A stretch of DNA of 64,000 nucleotides from Candidatus Paceibacter sp. Its GTDB lineage: Bacteria; Patescibacteriota; Patescibacteriia; Magasanikbacterales; UBA922. The stretch spans positions 1,855 through 65,854 of the forward strand of contig DYFM01000005.1 in NCBI GenBank assembly GCA_020725175.1, given 5' to 3'. Positions within the stretch are counted from its first letter, which is position 1; every line of letters begins with the position of its first letter. A program made the position numbers and the translations under genes. The notes under the pieces are model-generated. The model saw only the letters and a list, made by a program, of their open reading frames with translations, was not told the DNA's origin and searched no databases. This document shows positions 57,888 to 64,000 of this stretch, in pieces.

Positions 57888-58922
57888 TTATTTGAAAAAA
57901 TATTTAATTTCAGGTAACCAAATTTTATACATCTCTGCGTTTGTTCCCATCAAATCATACTTTAACACCTCATCCAACTCAAACCAGCGAGATTCCAAAA
58001 CCTCTTCATCATTAAACACACCATCACCAGAAACAACCTCACAGAGATACGCAATTAAGTAAACTTGATAATGAACATTTTTTTCAGGTAAAAAAACTTC
58101 TTCTGTACCAATATGAGAAAGTTGTTTCACCACTCTCACATCATACCCGGCTTCTTCTTTTACCTCCCGTACAACACACTCTTCAATTCCTTCCCCCATT
58201 TCAACCCCACCACCCGGAAACTCCCATTTTTTATGATACTTTGGTTGATGTGGATCGTTACGAAGATTCATAAGAATTTTACCGTCTTTTATAATGAGTG
58301 CAACCGGTACAATAAAGTGTTTTCCATCATATTGATTTTTGAGATAATACTTTACACGGACCAATGCCTTTCCTCGATGACTCAAGCCATTTTTTTCATC
58401 TACCGTCATTTCAGCATACGACTTTTCCGCTACATCAACATAAAAAATTGGGTCATATCCAAAACCTCCCACAGAAGTTTTTATTGGTTCTTCAAGCACT
58501 CTTCCTCGAGTTTCTCCGTATCCGATAAAAGATTCTTTTCGCATTGGGTCATACACTGCCAAGACAGCCTTAAAGGTGGCGGCTCTTTCTAACTCAATTT
58601 TTCCTGACAACTTTTCAAATACCATGTTCCAACGTTCCTCAGAAGTAGAGGCAATGCGTGCACTATGTACCCCTGGCCAACCCTGGAGAGCATCAATAAA
58701 TATTCCACCATCGTCAGACAAGGTAACAAGTCCGGTTTTATCAGCGTAGTACTTTGCTTTGTGTATCGCATTTGCTTCTAGTGTATCATATGGTTCATCC
58801 GGCTCTGGAATTCTCTCCGGTAGATCTTCCAACGTCAAAAGATTCAGATTGGGGGTGGTCTGAAGTGCGTACTTTAACTCGACAATTTTACCGGGATTAC
58901 TTGTTCCTAGGAGAATATCCAT
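57888..58922 (-). CDS. rdgB: RdgB/HAM1 NTP pyrophosphatase fused to a NUDIX hydrolase
   Basis: TSNPGK, FGYDPIF, SHRGKA; Nudix box GGGVEMGEGIEECVVREVKEEAG. Confidence 0.9.
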   Translation of the reverse strand: MDILLGTSNPGKIVELKYALQTTPNLNLLTLEDLPERIPEPDEPYDTLEANAIHKAKYYADKTGLVTLSDDGGIFIDALQGWPGVHSARIASTSEERWNMVFEKLSGKIELERAATFKAVLAVYDPMRKESFIGYGETRGRVLEEPIKTSVGGFGYDPIFYVDVAEKSYAEMTVDEKNGLSHRGKALVRVKYYLKNQYDGKHFIVPVALIIKDGKILMNLRNDPHQPKYHKKWEFPGGGVEMGEGIEECVVREVKEEAGYDVRVVKQLSHIGTEEVFLPEKNVHYQVYLIAYLCEVVSGDGVFNDEEVLESRWFELDEVLKYDLMGTNAEMYKIWLPEIKYFFK

Positions 58923-58948
58923 AGTGTTTTCAGGCAGGAAGGGTTGAG

Positions 58949-59347
58949 CTACATTAGTTTAATAAGGCTTGATTTATATGTTTTATATTGTTTTAATCGA
59001 ACAATTTTTGTGTTCAGTTTAAACTCTCTTATTTTTTCTTTCATCAGATCCACAAAGAAGGTTTGGTCATACCCTAGTGCGATAACATCAGGTTTCACTT
59101 TTTTTAAAACCGCATACACATCTGTTTTGCTTCCCAACAATACTTGATCTACATACCGTATAGCTGAAACAATTTTCTTTCGATCCTGCTCACTATGAAT
59201 TGGTTTTTGATGTTTTACTCGCTCAACCGTTTCATCTCTCGCAATAACTACCACTAGTCTATCTCCCAATTTTCGAGCTTGTTTGATCAGCGCCAGATGA
59301 CCAGCGTGAAAAAAGTCAAAGGTACCGAAAATGAGGATGGTTTTCAT
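58949..59347 (-). CDS. Cytidylyltransferase-family protein (archaeal-type FAD synthase-like)
   Basis: FGTFDFFHAGH, IARD, LGYDQ. Confidence 0.82.
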   Translation of the reverse strand: MKTILIFGTFDFFHAGHLALIKQARKLGDRLVVVIARDETVERVKHQKPIHSEQDRKKIVSAIRYVDQVLLGSKTDVYAVLKKVKPDVIALGYDQTFFVDLMKEKIREFKLNTKIVRLKQYKTYKSSLIKLM

Positions 59348-59349
59348 AA

Positions 59350-60816
59350 TTATTCATCGGTGGTGTGAAGTGGTTTCATTAGCGGAAACAATTGACATTC
59401 ACGAATCGGCTTATTGACCATAAATGCAAACAGACGCTCACCGAATCCAAAACCACAGGTCGGCGGCATTCCATGCTCTAACATTTCAACAAATTCCCAG
59501 TCCGGCATCATTGCTTCTTCATCACCTTTTTCAATAAGTTTTTGCTGCAACTCAAATCGTTCACGCTGGTCAATCGGATCATTTAATTCAGAGAAACCAT
59601 TTCCAATCTCGCTCCCAGCAATAATAATTTGAAATCGTTCCGTTAAGCCTGGCCGATCGGTATTTTCTTTGGATAGCGGGGAAACTAATTTTGGATGATT
59701 CACCAAAAATGCCGGACCTGCGATATTTTTTCGACAGTATTTCCAGAGTGTGTCAGTGAGTCGTTCCCGATTTGCACCTTCATACTTTACTCCCAACTCG
59801 TCAAGTTTTTTTGTCATGTCTTCTTCTGAAGCGGTGAGGATATCAATTCCGGTTTGTTTTTTTACTTCATCTTGATAGTCGATCTCAGGCCACTCATCAG
59901 CCAAGTCATAAGTAAATTGTTTGGAGGTAAATTTGGTAGTACCAAATACTTCTAAGCCAATTGTTCGATATAGTTCTTGAACCAACTTCATACCATCTTT
60001 ATAATTTGCGTAGGCCCAATAAAATTCCATATTAGTAAACTCCTGCAGATGATCAGGGCTAGAGCCTTCATTACGAAATACTTTGCCAATTTCAAAAGTT
60101 TTCTCAAATCCAGCCGCCATTAAGCGTTTCTGCCAAAGCTCTCCAACAGAAATACGCAAAAATACATCCAAATCAAAGTCATTGTGATGAGTTGCAAACG
60201 GAGCAGCTTCTGCGCCACCGGTCGTAGTTTCTAAGTACGGAGTTTCAACCTCAAAAAAACCTTTTGCCTTCATGAAGGTTCTTGTCACATCCCAAAATTT
60301 TGATTTTTTATAAAATAGTTCCCGGAGTTCTGAATTCAGTAGTAAGTCAAGGTAGCGTTTTCTATATCGCAACTCTTCATCCTGAATCCCGTGAAACTTA
60401 TCCGGCAGTGGCAAGAGTGCCTTTGTTAACAATTGCCAAGATTCCACCAATACTGATTCCTCACCTTTATGTGTCAGAAACCTACTTCCTTGAACAGAAA
60501 TTATGTCTCCGACATCAATTTTTTTGACAAACAACTTGTACTGCTCGTCTCCAAGTTGATCCTTTTTGAAGGCAAGTTGTATTTTTCCACTATCATCCTG
60601 TAAGTGAGAAAACGTCAGATTTCCCATTTCTCGCTTACTCATCAAGCGACCAGAAATTTTAACGTTCGTGTCTTCTTGACTTTGCAACGCCTCTCTTACA
60701 GTTTCTTCACGAACAGCTCGAGCAGGGTACGGGTTCATTCCCATATCTCGCAATTCCTGCATTTTTCGAAGTCGCACCTCACGTTCATCATTAATATTGA
60801 GTGGTTGGTTGGTCAT
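59350..60816 (-). CDS. lysS: Lysine--tRNA ligase (class II)
   Basis: RYRKRYLDL, GGAEAAPF, FRNEG, ELNDP, GMPPT. Confidence 0.97.
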   Translation of the reverse strand: MTNQPLNINDEREVRLRKMQELRDMGMNPYPARAVREETVREALQSQEDTNVKISGRLMSKREMGNLTFSHLQDDSGKIQLAFKKDQLGDEQYKLFVKKIDVGDIISVQGSRFLTHKGEESVLVESWQLLTKALLPLPDKFHGIQDEELRYRKRYLDLLLNSELRELFYKKSKFWDVTRTFMKAKGFFEVETPYLETTTGGAEAAPFATHHNDFDLDVFLRISVGELWQKRLMAAGFEKTFEIGKVFRNEGSSPDHLQEFTNMEFYWAYANYKDGMKLVQELYRTIGLEVFGTTKFTSKQFTYDLADEWPEIDYQDEVKKQTGIDILTASEEDMTKKLDELGVKYEGANRERLTDTLWKYCRKNIAGPAFLVNHPKLVSPLSKENTDRPGLTERFQIIIAGSEIGNGFSELNDPIDQRERFELQQKLIEKGDEEAMMPDWEFVEMLEHGMPPTCGFGFGERLFAFMVNKPIRECQLFPLMKPLHTTDE

Positions 60817-60918
60817 ATTTTTAGCTTAAATATCAATAATAAGTGTACCAAATGTTTTATAAAAAAGCAAATCCCAGCTGTGGTTGGCTGGGAAGTGTGA
60901 TAGTAGTTATTTTTTAGC

Positions 60919-61386
60919 TTATTTTACTTCAATTATCTTATACACCTGCACCCCAGCCGGTACAGTGACTTGCACAGAATCCCCTTTTTTCTTACCCAAA
61001 AACGCCTCGCCAAGTGGAGATTCGTTGGAAATTTTTCCGGAAAGTGGATCTGCTTCTTGTTGACCGACTATAGTATACTCTTTTTTCTTTCCATTAAATT
61101 CTACTATGATAGAGGAACCAACCTGCACCACACCGGCTCTGGTAATTTCCTCTGAGATAAGCACAGCATTCTGCAAAATTGCTTCGATTTCGTGCAATCT
61201 ACTTTGAACCCACGCCATTTCTTCTCGGGCTGATTGATATTCGGCATTTTCTGACAGATCTCCCATTTGACGAGCTTCATCAATACGCTTGGCAAGTTCA
61301 GGTGCTTTTTCTTCACGTAAGTGCTTCAATTCTCCCTCAAGTTCTTGTTTTTTCTCTACGGTAATATATTGGATTGCATCCGTCAT
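60919..61386 (-). CDS. greA: Transcription elongation factor GreA
   Basis: GDLSENAEY, ISNESPLG; start moved to 61386. Confidence 0.95.
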   Translation of the reverse strand: MTDAIQYITVEKKQELEGELKHLREEKAPELAKRIDEARQMGDLSENAEYQSAREEMAWVQSRLHEIEAILQNAVLISEEITRAGVVQVGSSIIVEFNGKKKEYTIVGQQEADPLSGKISNESPLGEAFLGKKKGDSVQVTVPAGVQVYKIIEVK

Positions 61387-61558
61387 ACGGTTTAACAAAA
61401 AAATAAATCCGCTGCCTGCGGGTTCTATACAGTATAGCAGACCTATGTCTACGGTCAAGTTTGATTATCCACAGAAAGTTACGCATAGACCATAACTCAC
61501 TCTTCGTATCTCAACACTACAAAAACATGATCATGAATATCGGTTTAATCAATGAAGT

Positions 61559-63571
61559 TCATCTATTTTGCCACCACCAGCGATAGAGGTCGTAAGCCAC
61601 TGGGACAGCAAGACGACTTCCTTCCTCTCCTTCCTCAATAAGAACGGTAATTGCAATTTCTGGATTGTCGTATGGTGCAAACGACGTAAACCAGGCATGA
61701 TTGTCTTTATTGACATTCCACTGTGCGGTACCGGTTTTACCGGCAGCAGCAAATGGAAGTGATGCAAGTTGGCGACAAGAACCAGTTGTAACACAATCTC
61801 GCATTCCCAACCGAATCGTTTCTAAATGATTCTTAGATACGGGAAGCTGCAACACTTCCTCTGTCGGGATATCCTGTTCTTCTTTTGTTTCCGGATCAAT
61901 AATACTTTTGACCACATGAGGCTTGTATAGCGATCCACCATTGGCAATCGCGGCAGTCATCATGTTGATCTGAAGCGGAGTAACCAACAAATCCCCCTGT
62001 CCAATGGATAAATTATACGTGTCCCCAATATACCAAGATTCACCTTTCTTTTCTTGCTTCCATGATTTTGATGGAATAAAGCCATTCGTCTCGCCCGGCA
62101 AGTCAATCCCTATCCGTTTTGAAAAACCGAAACGAGTCAAATAAGAGTGTATTTTATCAACACCAAGACCTTCAAAATCTCCATACCCTCCTCCGATATA
62201 GTAATAAAACGTATTGACAGACTGAGCAATAGATTTTCGAACATTGGTCACTCCATGTCCACCGGCTTGCCAGTCGGGAAAAAACCAAGGTCCAATGCCG
62301 AGACCACCTCTACTCAGAAAAGTTGTCTGTGGGGTAATAATTCCCTCTTCAAGAGCCGCAGCTGCTATAGCCGGTTTGATAACTGAACCGGACGGAAAAG
62401 CACCGCCAATCGCTCGATTGAATAATGGTCGTCCCGGATTTTCCAGATACGACGCATAGGTTTCTTTATCAATTCTTCCGGAGAAATCATTGTTATCAAA
62501 CGCTGGCAAACTAACGAGCGCCAATATTTCTCCAGTCTGCGGATTACTTACTACCGCTGAACCACTCACTTTTTCATGTTTTTTTAAAATTGAATTCATG
62601 AGTGATTCCAACTTTGCTTGCAAACGAGCATCAACTGCCAAACGCACATGCTCACCCGGCTGAGGAGCCTCTTCTGAAAGAACTGTTTGTTCTCGACCAT
62701 ACGTATCTACCTCAATTTGTCTTTTTCCATAGACACCTCGCATGTATGACTCATACATCTTTTCTACACCTGTTTTCCCAATTGAATCGGATGTTAAATA
62801 TCCTTTTGGCTTAAACTCGACCAACTCTTCCGGGCTCAACTTCCCTTCGTATCCCAACACATGAGACAAAGATAATACCGGAGTAGTAGACGTCGTACCA
62901 CTTTCGCTATCTTCAAACGCAACAGTATTGAGATACAGCCGCTTACTTCCCCGAACAATGTGAAGCCCAGGTAAATCTGATCCGGCGATTTGAATTGCAA
63001 GCGCGGTATCGTAATCAACATCCTCCTTTATAATAATAGAGTTTAAACTATATGCCCCATATTTATTGAGAGTAGTTCGGATATCTTCTGCCGGTTCTCC
63101 AGTAATGAGTGCCAAACGATCAATAACCGCTTCTCGATGAGGATTTGGCTCACCATTTCGTTTGGCCGGGGGTAATTCTTGAGGAATAAGCGCAAGAGAA
63201 AAATTGGGAATGTTGTTGGTCAACTGAATACCATTTCGATCATAAATAATGCCACGTTCTGAGGGAATCGCAATCGTATTTTGTCGATTTCGTTCAGCTC
63301 GCGCTAGGTAACTACCTCCTTCAATGAGTTGCAAATATCCTACACGTAGCACGATTATTCCAAATAAAATCAACAAGAGAATAAAAAAGAATTGCCCAAT
63401 ATACTGATGAATACTTTTACCAACATGAGAAATACCGGTAGGAGTTGCTACCTGTTTTCCAGTGTTTACATCAAATACAAATACCTCCTCAGCCCACGAT
63501 GAACGAGAGTGATGAGAGACCTTTAGGGCTGACGGATCATCCTGATAGATTAAAAATGGGTCCTTCGACAT
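61559..63571 (-). CDS. mrdA: Penicillin-binding protein 2
   Basis: RGIIYDRNG, SVIK, SVN, KTGT; adjacent to mreD-like gene. Confidence 0.93.
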   Translation of the reverse strand: MSKDPFLIYQDDPSALKVSHHSRSSWAEEVFVFDVNTGKQVATPTGISHVGKSIHQYIGQFFFILLLILFGIIVLRVGYLQLIEGGSYLARAERNRQNTIAIPSERGIIYDRNGIQLTNNIPNFSLALIPQELPPAKRNGEPNPHREAVIDRLALITGEPAEDIRTTLNKYGAYSLNSIIIKEDVDYDTALAIQIAGSDLPGLHIVRGSKRLYLNTVAFEDSESGTTSTTPVLSLSHVLGYEGKLSPEELVEFKPKGYLTSDSIGKTGVEKMYESYMRGVYGKRQIEVDTYGREQTVLSEEAPQPGEHVRLAVDARLQAKLESLMNSILKKHEKVSGSAVVSNPQTGEILALVSLPAFDNNDFSGRIDKETYASYLENPGRPLFNRAIGGAFPSGSVIKPAIAAAALEEGIITPQTTFLSRGGLGIGPWFFPDWQAGGHGVTNVRKSIAQSVNTFYYYIGGGYGDFEGLGVDKIHSYLTRFGFSKRIGIDLPGETNGFIPSKSWKQEKKGESWYIGDTYNLSIGQGDLLVTPLQINMMTAAIANGGSLYKPHVVKSIIDPETKEEQDIPTEEVLQLPVSKNHLETIRLGMRDCVTTGSCRQLASLPFAAAGKTGTAQWNVNKDNHAWFTSFAPYDNPEIAITVLIEEGEEGSRLAVPVAYDLYRWWWQNR

Positions 63572-63574
63572 AGG

Positions 63575-64000
63575 TTATGCAAAATATGTACCTGGGCGTT
63601 TCGTTTTTTTTCGTTCCCATAGCTGCCAAAGAGCGTACAGTATCAATACAAATACCATTGTTAGACTCAACTCCCATCCCACCGACTGTAATACCGCTAT
63701 TTTTGATATGGAAACTTCCGCATTAGTAAGATCCGTTACAAACAAAAGTATCATATAAAGTAATCGGTAGATAAAGACAGCAAAAAAGGTTATCCCAAGC
63801 GCCGCGTAGATGGATTGATTAGTGAAAACTGTTTCTGATAACCAAAAAGTAAGCAGTACCGTAATCGTCCCGGAAAACAAAACAATACCAAAAGGAGTAA
63901 TGGTAAACAGTTCAATGAGAAAATAACTTCCAAACGCAACCCAAACAATAGCTCCACTTCCCCGTATGAGCGTGAGAATAATGCACATACCAAGAATAAC
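63575..64000 (-). CDS. MreD-like membrane protein, 5' end outside window
   Basis: Multi-TM ORF open to window edge, directly upstream of PBP2. Confidence 0.6.
   Translation of the reverse strand, partial: VILGMCIILTLIRGSGAIVWVAFGSYFLIELFTITPFGIVLFSGTITVLLTFWLSETVFTNQSIYAALGITFFAVFIYRLLYMILLFVTDLTNAEVSISKIAVLQSVGWELSLTMVFVLILYALWQLWERKKTKRPGTYFA

Noticed and set aside
28321-61473. oriC suggested by TTATCCACA boxes at 28321, 44809 and 61465
   Set aside because: The boxes are single and scattered, with no cluster and no dnaA/dnaN.

Overview
This is a low-GC bacterial segment in the standard code. Gene content, AT-rich leaders that mostly lack Shine-Dalgarno (SD) sites, a translin homologue, a VirB2-like pilin and an intron-split tRNA-Asn suggest Patescibacteria/CPR (inference). 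It is mostly housekeeping: murE/murF, ftsEX, era, rplI, pyrG, cysS, gltX, serS, lysS, two greA, clpB with a CIRCE, a suf Fe-S locus, a lexA-like + Y-family polymerase pair with an SOS-box-like operator, a xer recombinase and pbp2/mreD. Four tRNAs are present (Gly, Thr, Gln, and Asn interrupted by a 338-nt group I intron). The main signals outside the ORF track are: (1) a ~95-nt small RNA with its own promoter and terminator, convergent on a translin-DUF3800 gene pair; (2) three hairpin-packed minus-strand units encoding 28-45 aa hydrophobic peptides behind SD sites (type I toxin-like); (3) a four-helix-bundle gene bracketed by complementary AACTCAG/CTGAGTT arrays in a tRNA leader, plus many gene-less palindromes built of 7-10 nt units, with similar units inside coding frames; (4) tRNA fragments fused to REP-like palindromes. 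Everything was read by eye; no searches or folding programs were run.
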